Source: Epithemia pelagica (taxonomy: Eukaryota; Protista; Bacillariophyta). From it: a stretch of DNA of 64,000 bases. The notes beneath the pieces are model-generated. The model made no database searches. It was not told where the DNA came from and saw only the letters and a list, made by a program, of their open reading frames with translations. The stretch lies in NCBI GenBank assembly GCA_946965045.2, contig OX337230.1:3162001-3226000 (forward strand), written 5' to 3'. Positions 1 to 11,594 of this stretch are shown piece after piece. Position 1 is the first letter of the stretch. Each line of letters opens with the position of its first letter. The translations under genes were made by a program, and so were the position numbers.

Positions 1-807
1 GTGTGGGATGAACTGGACAGTTCATTGCCCAAAGGTGCATCGCCTCGTCATTTGTTGTGGACACTGGCTTTTCTGAAAGTCTATGCTACAGAGGATGTTA
101 TGGTCTCAATAGCCAAAACAACGAGGAAGACCTACAGGAAGTGGGTCAAAGTGTTTGTAAATTTGTTGTATAGTGGTCTTAATTATGTAAGTACATGGCC
201 CTACATGAATTTGCCATGAAGTCGTCCTCCTCATATCTGACCATTGCTGTTGTTCTTATAACAGATTGTATGGGACAATAGGTTTGATTGTAGTGTACCT
301 GGACAGGTCTGTTTCATTAGTTTGGATGGTACTGACTTCAGGATTTTGGAGCCGTCACCTTTTGATCCAAAATGGTACTCGCACAAGTTTAAGGGAGCAG
401 GTGTGAGGTATGAGGTGGGAATCTGCCTGAAAACTGGCTGGATAGTGTGGTGGAATGGTGCATTCCCTTGTGGCGCTTGGCCAGACCTACGGATTGCCAG
501 AGACTGGCTTGTTCAAGAGCTACTACCGAATGAGAAAGTGATTGCTGATGGTGGTTACAACGATTCTGGATGCTACTTTGTCACACCTACTGGAAGAAAT
601 GACTATCAAGACAAGATGATGGCTGATGCCAGGGCGAGACATGAAACTGTCAACAATTTACTGAAACATTACAATATCTTAAAGGAGAAATACAGAGGAG
701 ATCTGGATGGGCATCACAAGGTGTTTGGAGCAGTGGTGAATCTGGTTCAGATGAAGATTGAAAATGGTGAGGCGAAAGTGTTTCAGATCGAAGTGGAAGA
801 TGACTAG
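1..807 (+). mobile_element. PIF/Harbinger-superfamily (DDE_Tnp_4, ISL2EU-like) transposase, 5' part outside window; one intron at 187-264
   Basis: ORFs 1-219 and 322-807 join in frame through a GTAAGT(187)...ACAG(264) 78-bp intron, giving GLNY|IVWDNRF...SLDGTDF. Motifs DGTDF, YSHKFKGAGVRYEV, GAWPD, ADGGY and RARHETVN are typical of this DDE family. No TIR could be assigned. Confidence 0.85.
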
Positions 808-1250
808 CAGTACAAATATGTAGCGGTTATGAACCGGGTGGTGGTGGGTTTTAATAGTACTAGCAGTCAGTATATCATCTTTTGTCGCTAGAGTGTTCTT
901 TATTCAGAAAAAGCGTTCGGTAACTCCTATAGGTCACAGTCAGTATCTGACTGGTAAGGTAGCGACCTGCTCAGGATTACCCCATCTCCTTGTGGTGTCC
1001 TCTTTTAGTCTGTCAAACTTTCGCTTTCTGTTGTCGTTGTAGTTTTGCTGGATTGGACTGCTGTGGTTGGCAAGGACTTTGGTTGTGAGACAATCCATTG
1101 GTTGGCCCAGATTGGTTGGCCTACATATTCTTGACGTGACAACCGTTTTGCTGCTTCGACGAATTGCAAAGTCTTGCAATGGGAATGGCAAGAGGTAGTT
1201 CCAACCATCCAATCATCAGGAACGGACACAATTGTGGTACAGGGTAGACC

Positions 1251-4200
1251 ATGAGGAGCCACCACCAACATCACACAAACAAGAATGAGGAGGGTGACTT
1301 TTCGTTGGAGTATTCCCAAGTGGAATTTGGTACCTTGGCGGAACAATTGGATGAAACACATTACGACAATCGTGTGGATGCCGACGATGATTTGGAAAAG
1401 GGACGCATCAAATTTCCATCTCATAAACTCTATGGACGAGACGAACCATTGAAGCAATTGCACAGCATTTTTCAACAACGGATACTATCGTCGTCGACCA
1501 GCAAAAACAAGCAGCTGCAAGACGCTACTGCACCTTCCGCCAACCACCACCATGAAAAGGAAGAAGAAGAAAAGCAAGAGACGGTAAACGACCTGACGCA
1601 CAATCATTACAATGATTCCTCGAGTGCCACAACTACTGCTTTCGACAACAGTTACAATCCCGTTGTCTTTTTAGCTGGTTATTCTGGAACGGGAAAATCG
1701 TCCTTGGTCGATTGCTTTGTCCAACAAATTCGAAGCATGAAACAAGGCAGCAAAGAGAACCATTCCTCTTCGTTGGCCCCATGTTGGTACTTGACGGGTA
1801 AATTCACCAGTCCGCTCCAAGCCAGCAATATTCCCTTTTCTGCCTTGGCTCGTGCCCTCAATACCTTTGTTTTACAACTTGTATCGCTGCGTAACAGCCA
1901 AGGACACGATGACTACAAGGCTTGGATCGACTCTTTTTGTCATGGATTGCGCAAACTGGATATTTACCGTGGAAGTGACCATGCTGCAGTATTGGAAGCC
2001 ACCTTGATACCAGCGCTCTCCCGATTGTGGCAACCACCGTCCTCTGCTACTGGTACGGCGGCTGCCACTTCGTCTCCCTCAACGACACCACGATCCACCA
2101 CTGTCAATTTGTCCTTGGTCCAATTCACGGCTCGAAACTTTTTGCGGGCCCTGACATCCACGACCAGCAAGATGTGCTCTGCCTCGACGGTTCGGCGACC
2201 ACCCGTCATTCTCTTTTTGGACGATGTTCAATGGGCCGATGCTGCCTCCTTGCAATTGTTGTCGGCTCTCTTGGTGGACGTGTCCTTGCACAATATTCTC
2301 TTTGTTCTGGCCTATCGACCCAATGAAGTGGACGACAAGCATGACTTTTGTACCATTGTCCAAAACAAGGTATGGGAAGCAAGAGGACTAGCCCCCGGCA
2401 AGGACAAGGACAAGGACGAACCAACGACCAACACGACGGCAACGTTGAGTGACTTGTCCACGTCCAAAAATATTCATTCCATGGAAATTTTCAATCTTTC
2501 CCCCGACAGTATTGCCGAATTCATTGCCGATTCCATTGAAAAAACACCGGAGGATGTAGCCTTGGTGGCCGATGCCATTTACCAAAAGACCTTGGGAAAC
2601 ATTTTCTTTGTCAAGCAAGCCATGGAAGAATTGGTTCGCAAAAATGCCTTGTACTATGATATGGTGATGTTTGAATGGCAATTTGGCAATGTTTCGCGAG
2701 TCGAATTGGAACAATTTCTATCGGAAGATGTCTTGGAAATGGTCCAATCCAAAATTCAAACCATGCCACAAACCTTGCAAAAGGCCATGGTCCTGGCAGC
2801 CTATACCAGTCAAAGTACCATTGATATTTCCTTGTTGCATGCCTTGCTACAAACAGATCCCTCCATGGATCCGCAAGACGTGACATTGGATGCCTTGCAT
2901 GAAGTGCTGGATCGAGCCTTTGTCGAAGGTCTCATGTTGCGGGTCGGGAACCAGCACCTTTCCTCTCAAACAACAAAGTTCCCGTCCTCTGCCAATGGAC
3001 GCAATGGCAAGGCTTGTCACCCCACTTCCTGTCCACGATACCAATTTGCGCATGACCGCATTCGTGAAGCGGCTGGTGCCTTGGTACCACCTGGACCGGA
3101 ACGAGATCAACTCTTGTTGCGTATTTCCAAAGTGCTTCTGAAACAGTCGGCTACCAGTTTGCCCCCTTCGGAACTGACCAATCGAACGGCTCGTGTCGAG
3201 GAAGGGCCCATTTTCGAAGACAGTCAAAACGAACAAGACGAGGAGGATTCGGATTGGATGTTGTTTACGGCAGCTCGTCATTTGAATTCCCTTCCAGTCG
3301 AATTGACTCGGGACATGGAATTGGCCGATCTCAACTTGAAAGTGGGAAAGATTGCCGTTCAAAGGCGCCTTTACAGAAGCTGCCATCTTTTTGCAACAAG
3401 GTGTGGATTGTCTTGACGCTGTGTCGTGTTGGAACGAACCTACCTACACTTTGACACTCGAGCTGAAAATAACCTTGGCCGAAACGGAAAAGATGCTGGG
3501 ACACAACGAGCAGGCTTTGGAGATGGCAGAAGAAATCTTTCGCCATGCCCGGTCGCTGGGGGATAAGAGTCGCGTCCATCATTGCTATGTCGAAGCCACG
3601 AATAGCAAAAATCACAGCAATTATTCCTCGTCGGTGGATACTGCATTGGAAATTTTGAAATTATACAACATTGACGTGCCGAGTGAACCGTCCAAGGGAC
3701 AAGTGAAGAGTGAAAAGCTCATGTTTCGAATGGCACTAAGGGGTCGGTCATTGTTGTGTATCACCAAGTTCCCTATTGCCACCGATCCCATTGAAGATCG
3801 ACAAATACTGCTGGCCGCCCGAACCTATCTTTACGCCTTGTTTGGCCGAAGGGGCAATGTGGCCCTCGTTCTGGGATATCGAATGCTCCGCATCATTCTC
3901 CGGAACAAAACTATTACCAAAGAAGTTCCATCCCTACTTGTTTCCATGGGAGCTCAACTACGAGAATCAAGAAAATATGAATCTGCCTTCCTGTTTGCAA
4001 GTGTCGCCATGGGATTAATGGAAAGATTCCGACTGGAACGAGGACATGGCGTGTTTCGTGCCAAAATGGGTCTCTATGTCACCCTCTTCTGCCCACGCGA
4101 AACATTCCGTGACTGTATTGAAACGTACTTGGACTTGAATAAGTGGGGTTACTCGACCGGTGATACCGAAAATGGCGTCGGGGCTGGCATGTGTGCCATG

Positions 4201-5156
4201 TACGCCTTTATGATTGCCTCCCTTCCACTCAATGCTTTGTTTGAACCCAAACTCATGCTGTTTGAAGAGATGGCCGTAAGTCGAGGACGGGAGAACTTTG
4301 CCGTCATTTTTCGTCTCATTCGACAATACCTGTACAATTTGGAAGGTGGAGTAAAGGCATCTCCCGTTCCCAGTCAAATCAATGGAAAGGCCATTTCGGA
4401 AGAGGAAGCAATGGGAATGTTTGAGGAAGGCTCAATACGCAAGCAAACCAACAGAGATATAGGCATGATTCGACTCGAACTGTCCGTTATTTTTGACGAC
4501 CAACAAGGAATGGAAGAAATGTTAAATCGCTTGGACGAATATCCGCCGCAAGATGTTCTTACCGTCAGACAACATCTTCGTTTGACGTACATGGGTTTGG
4601 CGTCCTTGATTCTCTTGCTACCGAATCAAAAATCCAAACGAAGCGACCCCAGGTTAGGAAATGCAGAAAAATGGTCGAAACTCTCTTTCCAGTTCTTTGA
4701 AGAGTTGGCACGCTTTGGATCGCCCAACGCTCAGCCGGTTTACGCTTGCATGAAAGCGCTTCGGAAACCAAATATTGCCTTGTTTGATGAAGCCATTCAA
4801 ATGTGTGGAAATGCGGGTCTTTTGAATTTAGCGGCGATTATGAATGAACGTTGTGGTCTCCTCCTCCAGCAAGGCCACATGAGTCTGGGAAACCACGCCA
4901 ACAAGAGTCCGCGCAAAAACACCAAAACGAGCGATGGTACGGGTTTGAGTTATGAAACGTACTTGAAATGTGCCATTTGGTGTTATCATGACTGGGGAGC
5001 CATGGGGAAGGTAGCTCAACTCAAATCTCGCTTTGACTGCTTGACGAATGCATGCAGGAAAAGGCTCGTTCGCAACTCAGCTTGGTTCGGCGACAAGCGG
5101 CCAAACTAGGTGTACCCCGAACGTCGGGCACCTTGTCAATATCCAGCGAGGGATGA
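1251..5156 (+). pseudogene. STAND-class P-loop NTPase (AAA_16/SWACOS-like) + helical repeat protein, copy 1, with two frameshifts (~3360 and ~5051)
   Basis: Walker A GYSGTGKS, Walker B ILFLDDVQWAD, TLGNIFF, YQFAHDRIREA and C-terminal YHDWGAMGKV. Colinear with 6594-10706. The frame switches at GTT-C-AAA (paralog GTC TCC AAG) and at AAT GC-ATG (paralog AAC GCC ATG). The restored frame ends at TGA 5154-5156. True pseudogene or consensus error cannot be told apart. Confidence 0.85.
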
Positions 5157-6593
5157 TTCCTTGATTTCTCGCGCGAGAAGTTATGCGTGTTTCGTGCATC
5201 ACGGAAAATTGGTGACCACCTTTGATGGAAAGCCACCACAAAAAGGAATGCAAGGGCGAGCTCAGCACTTTGTCTCTCCCATCGGAACACTATGTGTGTT
5301 TTTCTTTTTGTTGGGGGCCGGTTGTACTTGGCAGCAGTTGGTGTCAGAAAGCTCAACACGCAGCACCCAGAACGGAGGCACCATGCACTCTCCTCGAAGG
5401 ACCTACACAAGGGAGTATTGACTCCTGCAGTCTTTGTGCTGGGGCATCGAAGTGGAATTCTATCGACGAGTGGTAACCCATGGAGCTCGCCTTGTCGACT
5501 TTTTCGCTTGTTGTGTTTTATATCCCGTAAAACTCATGCCCTAATGCGAGCGTCACTTGACCACCGGACGATATCAAACAGCAAGCAGCAAGGAACCACA
5601 AGATCGTATTGGCTCGTTGCCCGACTATTCTCTTACCACATCGCATACAACACTAGAGAAGTAGTTTATAGAGTTATGCTTCGGCTCAGCTCCAGGACGC
5701 TCGAGGCAAGCACTGCCTGTCGTACTGTGACCAACATTCCTCTGAGTAGTAATGGATTTGGTATGTGGAATGAAATCCGCTCTTGGAGCATGGGGTTGGA
5801 AGTTGGAGGATTTAGATAATGTCTCTCATGGTTAACCTTACCCTAGACTACTAGGTTTTCCTGGCACATTTTGTGGATCTTTTGTGTCAGGAGATTTTTG
5901 TGCGATTCAATGCCTCCGGGACGAAAGACACCGAGTACCGAGTACCGAGTCACAGTCACAGCTGTGCACGGCTAGGACGAATAGTGGATAATAGAGGACA
6001 CACACCATGATAAGAGATACGGTAGACTCTGTATTGTACTGAGTACAGAAGGCCTATTGGCTAAGCAGAATCAGCCACGATTTACTATTGACTCATGAGA
6101 GAAAGCGAAGAAGAAAGGACAGTTCGAAGAAAGAAGCGCTAACGAGAAAGTGTTAATCATCATCTGGTCGAATTCGGCCTTACACCAACAAATGCAGGCT
6201 TTCGCAAGGCTGTAAGCTGTAACCTGTTGTAAACTGTAACGCTGTAACACTCATCATATCTTACGAAACGAGAACGCTGCACCGCAGACCGCAGGTTGTC
6301 GAGAGGAGCGTATGAACTATTGGGAATTGCCACCAAACCAGGTACCTCTCTATAGTTCACCGAGTTTCGGGGTTTTTGTTCGCCGCAAGCAGGAATCACA
6401 GTCACAGAGACCGCTGCGAAGATTTTTAACTTTTAACCTTTCCAACTCCAATAAGTTCGCTCTGCGTGGACCTGAGATATTGTAGATTTCCCCGCTCTCC
6501 GCCTGTGCGATTATCGGACATCTGTGGCTTTCTCGGTTTGGCAAGAACCAAGCCAAGCCATTGTCCAAAACAAAAGGCGATCAATCACCTTGA

Positions 6594-9500
6594 TTGGCAC
6601 TACCATCCTCAATTCATAAGAACGACGACGAGAACATGTTGGAGTATTCCAGTGTCGAGTGTGGAACCTTGGCGGAGCAATTGGACGAGACACACTATGA
6701 TAGTCGCATTGATGCCGACGACGATTTGGAAAAGGGACGCATCAAGTTTGCATCCACAAGAGAAAGACTTTATGGAAGAGAAGAGCAATTAAAGCAATTG
6801 GAAGGAATCTATAATCATCAGGTGACCTCACAAAACAAGCACCAAAACCTCTTGGTGACGGATGGTCTTCCTGCTTCTAATGAAGGTCATTCCATGGTGG
6901 AAGACGTAGATGGAGAAGAACCAGTCAGCAATGATGAACAACTGGAACAAGAAGAAACGGGAAGAGCACCTCTCGATGCTAATGTTGATGAAAGCATCGA
7001 CGACGACAAGGGTAACGACCAAAACCGAACCTCGTCATCGCCATTGAGTCAAATTGTCTTTTTGGCTGGCTATTCCGGTACGGGTAAATCCACGTTGGTC
7101 GATTCGTTTGTGCAACGCATTCGACAGCAACGGAATCACGCACATGGCACTACCACCAAGTCATCATCCTCGTCATCGTCACCGGCATTTCGCAGTCCAC
7201 TTCATTATTTATCAGGCAAGTTTGCGGGCCCCATGAACGCTGGTGCTCCATTCTCGGCCTTGGCACATGCCTTGAATCAATTTGTCGTTCAATTGGTGGC
7301 TACCAAACGATCCTCGCAGCCGCACCACCAACACCATGACCAGTGGATCCGATCCTTTCTCCGACGACTGCGCAAACTTGAAATTTATGCCGGTAGTGAC
7401 CATGCCGCCGTCTTGGAAAAAACGCTCTTGCCGGCCCTTCCTCGATTGCTACAAAAGGCTACGGCAGTGCCCAAAACAAGTAGTACCACCATGGGCTCCG
7501 ATTCGCTGGCCACTGGTACGAGCAGTAACAACGCCAGTCATGGTCGGACGTTACCCGATGACAGTTCGAATGCTTCGGCGACCACCGACAGCCCGAGTAG
7601 TATGAATATGAATTTGGTGCAATATGCCTTTCAGAACTTTTTGCGAGCCTTGTCCACGACCAGCAAGACAACGGCTCCTCTGTCGTCCCTTCAACCACCC
7701 CTCATTTTGTTTTTGGACGATGTCCAATGGGCCGATGCGGCCTCCTTGCAGTTGCTTTCTTCGGTACTTTTGGATAGCACCTTGTCTAATATCTTGTTTG
7801 TGCTGGCCTATCGATCCAACGAAGTGGACCAAAACCACGAATTTATGAAACTGCGACAAAAAGTGCAAGAAGCACGGGGGTACACCCAACCAGACGACGA
7901 GCCCGTCATTGCACCAACCACCCCAACGACCACAATGACTCCGCCCTTGCCTTCCTCGACCCTCTTCACGGGGGTCCATTATATGGAATTGTTCAATTTA
8001 TCTCCAGATAGCATTGCCGAATTCATTGCCGATTCCATTGAAAAAACACCGGAGGATGTTTCCGTGGTCGCAGATGCCATTTACCAAAAGACGTTGGGAA
8101 ATATTTTCTTTGTCAAACAAGCCCTGGAAGAATTGGTTCGCAAAAATGCCTTGTACTATGATATGGTCATGTTTGAATGGCAATTTGGTGATGTTTCGCG
8201 AGTCGAATTGGAGCAATTCTTATCAGAAGATGTGTTGGAAATGGTCCAATCCAAAATCAAAACCATGCCGCAAACCTTGCAAAAGGCCATGGTCCTGGCA
8301 GCCTATACAAGTCAAAGCACTATTGAACTAAGCCTGTTGCAAGCCCTGTTGGAGGCAGATGATTCGGTAGATCGTGAAGAATGCTCACACGGTGCACTCC
8401 AGAGTCTCATGAATCGAGCATTTATGGAAGGTCTCATGCTCCGAGATAAAAACAGATCCATCACTGACTCGACGTCTGTTTCGTCTTCGTCGTCCTCCTA
8501 TGTCAAGCACAAAATGGGCAACGGTGGTGCTCTACGCAATGGTAACTCGAGCATTCGAGCCAAACCGCCTCCTCCCTCGCCGTTTGGCCGGTGTACAAAA
8601 TATCAATTTGCTCACGATCGTATTCGAGAAGCGGCCTGTGCATCCGTACCAGCTGGCCGAGAGAGGGAAGAGCTCTTGCTTCGTATATCGCAAGTGCTAC
8701 TGAAACAGTCGTCCACATTAATGACCCTGACAGCTGAATCCTCCCGAGTCTTGGTTCACCGCACTCCGATAATTGAAGGATCCGAAACAGACAAGGAATA
8801 CGACGATGATTTGGACGAGGATCCGGATTGGATGTTGTTTACGGCCGCGCGTCATTTGAATTCCATTTCGCCCGAGTTGACACACGACATGAATTTACCG
8901 AATCTCAACCTGACTGCGGGTAAGATCGCCGTCTCCAAGGGTGCCTTCAATGAAGCCCTCATCTTTTTACAGGCGGGAGTGGATCGCCTCGACCCCTCTT
9001 CGTGTTGGAAAGAACCCACCTATACATTGAGCCTGGAGTTAAAAGTCACCTTGGCCGAAACCGAACAAATGCTGGGACACAATGAGAAGACATTAGATTT
9101 GGCAAAAGAGATTTTTCAGAGTGCCACGTCGCTGGCCGATAAGAGTAGAGTACACCACTGCTACTTGGAGGCAACCAATAGCCTAAACAACAACGACTAC
9201 GGGTTGGCGGTCGATACAGCAGTGGATCTCTTAAAGCTCTACAACATTGAACTGCCAGGGTCTCCTGAGAGGAGACAAATAAGACGAGAGAAAATGATGT
9301 TAAGATTTGGACTTCGTGGTCGGTCATTGCTGTGCGTAGCAAAGTTCCCTGTTGCCACCGACCAGTTGCTACTAACACAAGTCGTGGTGGCCTCACGAGC
9401 AATGCTCTACTCCTTGTTTTGCAAACGATCGAATCTGAGTCTCCTACTTGGCTACCGAATGCTTCGGATCATTCTTCGGAACAAATTTATCACCAAAGAG

Positions 9501-10706
9501 GTACCGTCTTGTCTAGTTGTCATGGGTGGTCAGTTGCGCGAAAACCGAAAGTATGAAAGTGCCTTTTTGTTTGCCAATGCGGCTATTGCGTTAATGGACC
9601 GTTTTCCAAACGAACGCGGACTTGGTTTCTTTCGAGCAAAGTTGGGTCTTTATGCCTCTCTATTTTGTCTTCGACAGTCATTTCGCGACTGTATTGAACA
9701 ATACTTGGACCTTTACAAATGGGGATACTCGCAAGGGGAAACAGAGAATGGTTTGGGTGCTGCAATGTGTGCCATGTACTCTTTTATGATTGCTTCTTTT
9801 CCTCTAAATGCCTTGTTCGAACCCAAACTGATTCTATTTGAAGAAATGGCGTTGAATCGAGGACGAAAGAATTTCTCTATCATCTTTCGGCTTATTCGCC
9901 AATACCTGTACAATCTTCAAGGTGGAGAAAAGGCATCTACGGTTCCCAGTCATGTCAATGGAGAAGCGATTACAGAAGAAGAGGCCCTTGGAATGTTGGA
10001 AGGTCCAGTCCGGAAACAAAATCTTCGAGATATTAGCATGATCCGGTTGGAACTCTCCGTCATTTTTGACGATGAGGAATCAATGAGAGAAATGGTGGAA
10101 CGTTTGGACGAATACCCGCTTCATGATGTTCTGACTGCGCGTCAGCATCTTCGTATGACATACACGGGGTTTGCCTGTCTCATTTTGTTGCAAAAGCGTC
10201 CACCTCGTAATGCCCAAACAAGAATGATGGAGCGCTGGGCAAAACAATCGCTCAAGTTTTTTGAAGAACTCGCTCGCTTTGGATCCCCCAATGCACAGAC
10301 AGTGTACGCTTGTATGAAAGCTCTTCAAAACCCAAGTGTTTCCTCGTTTGATGAAGCGATTCAAGTGTGTGGGAATGCTGGCCTATTCAACTTGACAGCC
10401 TTCATGAATGAGCGTTGTGGTCTCATGTTGATGGAACAGAGCCAAAACAGCAACGACCAAAACACGACAATGAAAGCGGATGACGGATCTACTCCAAGTT
10501 ACGAAACCTATTTGAAGTGCGCGTTTTGGTTTTATCACGATTGGGGAGCCATGGGCAAAGTATCGCAGCTGAAATCCCGCTTCGAGTGTTTGAAGAACGC
10601 CATGAAGGAAAAGGCACCATCGCAACTTAGTTCGCTGCGACGTCAAGCGGCCAAACTGGGCTTACCTCGATCAGGCACCACCACATCGACCATTAGTGAT
10701 TCCTGA
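6594..10706 (+). CDS. STAND-class P-loop NTPase + helical (TPR-like) repeat protein, copy 2, intact (1370 aa)
   Basis: LYGREEQLKQL, Walker A GYSGTGKST, Walker B LILFLDDVQWAD, TLGNIFFV, YQFAHDRIREAA and FYHDWGAMGKVSQL. These resemble the core of bacterial Ser/Thr-kinase-AAA-GAF-histidine kinase multi-sensors, without the kinase or GAF/HK modules. Confidence 0.9.
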   Translation: MALPSSIHKNDDENMLEYSSVECGTLAEQLDETHYDSRIDADDDLEKGRIKFASTRERLYGREEQLKQLEGIYNHQVTSQNKHQNLLVTDGLPASNEGHSMVEDVDGEEPVSNDEQLEQEETGRAPLDANVDESIDDDKGNDQNRTSSSPLSQIVFLAGYSGTGKSTLVDSFVQRIRQQRNHAHGTTTKSSSSSSSPAFRSPLHYLSGKFAGPMNAGAPFSALAHALNQFVVQLVATKRSSQPHHQHHDQWIRSFLRRLRKLEIYAGSDHAAVLEKTLLPALPRLLQKATAVPKTSSTTMGSDSLATGTSSNNASHGRTLPDDSSNASATTDSPSSMNMNLVQYAFQNFLRALSTTSKTTAPLSSLQPPLILFLDDVQWADAASLQLLSSVLLDSTLSNILFVLAYRSNEVDQNHEFMKLRQKVQEARGYTQPDDEPVIAPTTPTTTMTPPLPSSTLFTGVHYMELFNLSPDSIAEFIADSIEKTPEDVSVVADAIYQKTLGNIFFVKQALEELVRKNALYYDMVMFEWQFGDVSRVELEQFLSEDVLEMVQSKIKTMPQTLQKAMVLAAYTSQSTIELSLLQALLEADDSVDREECSHGALQSLMNRAFMEGLMLRDKNRSITDSTSVSSSSSSYVKHKMGNGGALRNGNSSIRAKPPPPSPFGRCTKYQFAHDRIREAACASVPAGREREELLLRISQVLLKQSSTLMTLTAESSRVLVHRTPIIEGSETDKEYDDDLDEDPDWMLFTAARHLNSISPELTHDMNLPNLNLTAGKIAVSKGAFNEALIFLQAGVDRLDPSSCWKEPTYTLSLELKVTLAETEQMLGHNEKTLDLAKEIFQSATSLADKSRVHHCYLEATNSLNNNDYGLAVDTAVDLLKLYNIELPGSPERRQIRREKMMLRFGLRGRSLLCVAKFPVATDQLLLTQVVVASRAMLYSLFCKRSNLSLLLGYRMLRIILRNKFITKEVPSCLVVMGGQLRENRKYESAFLFANAAIALMDRFPNERGLGFFRAKLGLYASLFCLRQSFRDCIEQYLDLYKWGYSQGETENGLGAAMCAMYSFMIASFPLNALFEPKLILFEEMALNRGRKNFSIIFRLIRQYLYNLQGGEKASTVPSHVNGEAITEEEALGMLEGPVRKQNLRDISMIRLELSVIFDDEESMREMVERLDEYPLHDVLTARQHLRMTYTGFACLILLQKRPPRNAQTRMMERWAKQSLKFFEELARFGSPNAQTVYACMKALQNPSVSSFDEAIQVCGNAGLFNLTAFMNERCGLMLMEQSQNSNDQNTTMKADDGSTPSYETYLKCAFWFYHDWGAMGKVSQLKSRFECLKNAMKEKAPSQLSSLRRQAAKLGLPRSGTTTSTISDS

Positions 10707-11594
10707 TAGAACGTGGAGGCATTTATCCGAAACGATTAGTTCTCGTTCTCAAACAGTCGGAACGACGACGAATCCAAACATGATACAAGAGTCAAACCCC
10801 CGTCCGTGGAGTAGAAATATCAGCCGCACAGTAACATTTCTGTCCGGTGATTGGTTTGGCCATAGCACTCGAATGCATGTGGCAACTCTGGCCGACGACC
10901 AAAACGTGCGAACGACAACCGCATGAGAACGACCTATGGATACTGAATCCCAAAGATCTTCTAGAATACAATAGATGCAAACCAAACATAACCTACATCA
11001 CGGTTAAGATATCCTCGTCGTACCACGGTATACTCCTTCAAATAATAGCAGAGGAGCTCACAGCAATACCTTATTCATAGGTCATGTATTACACCCCAGA
11101 TGTATGAATCAAGGTCGCTGAATAGTCGTAGTTCTTGGGATGACATAGACTTAAGTCCGGACCCATCTGCGACTCATATCAACCACGCTGGGATGTACCA
11201 TGGGAAAGATCGACGCCGACCGCCCAGGTCAACTGTTGCCAGATGAAATGTTGGAAGTTGGAACAGTCAACATGTTGTTGCGGCATGTTGACTGAAGAAG
11301 TTGATTCACTCTTCTGAATTGTCGTCGCGCAATGCTCTTGAACCCGGATTTGTCAAACAAATTAAAACATGGTACTTTGTTTCTATTTGTATGACCAATT
11401 TTCCGACAAATGGAAACATTGTGTTGACTTGTCGGGTTTTTGCGTCGATTTGTCGTGAAACAGCACAGCTACAGAATCGATGCCACGTTGCGAAAATCAA
11501 AACGAACGACAAGGTGTAAAGCCACAGCCGCTCCCAACCGCACCTGACCCGTTCCCCCCGAGTCCGATCGTCAGGGACAAGCAGATATCGTACG

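Noticed and set aside
3345-3370. Programmed ribosomal frameshift in STAND copy 1
   Set aside because: No X XXY YYZ slippery site or obvious stimulator, and the paralog is uninterrupted. Indel or sequencing error is simpler.
5836-5860. Telomere-like AACCTTACCCTAG
   Set aside because: Single degenerate occurrence, not a tandem array.
5928-6250. Short repeats (ACCGAGT)x3 and CTGTAA cluster upstream of STAND copy 2
   Set aside because: Too short to separate from ordinary intergenic microrepeats; a regulatory role is unsupported.
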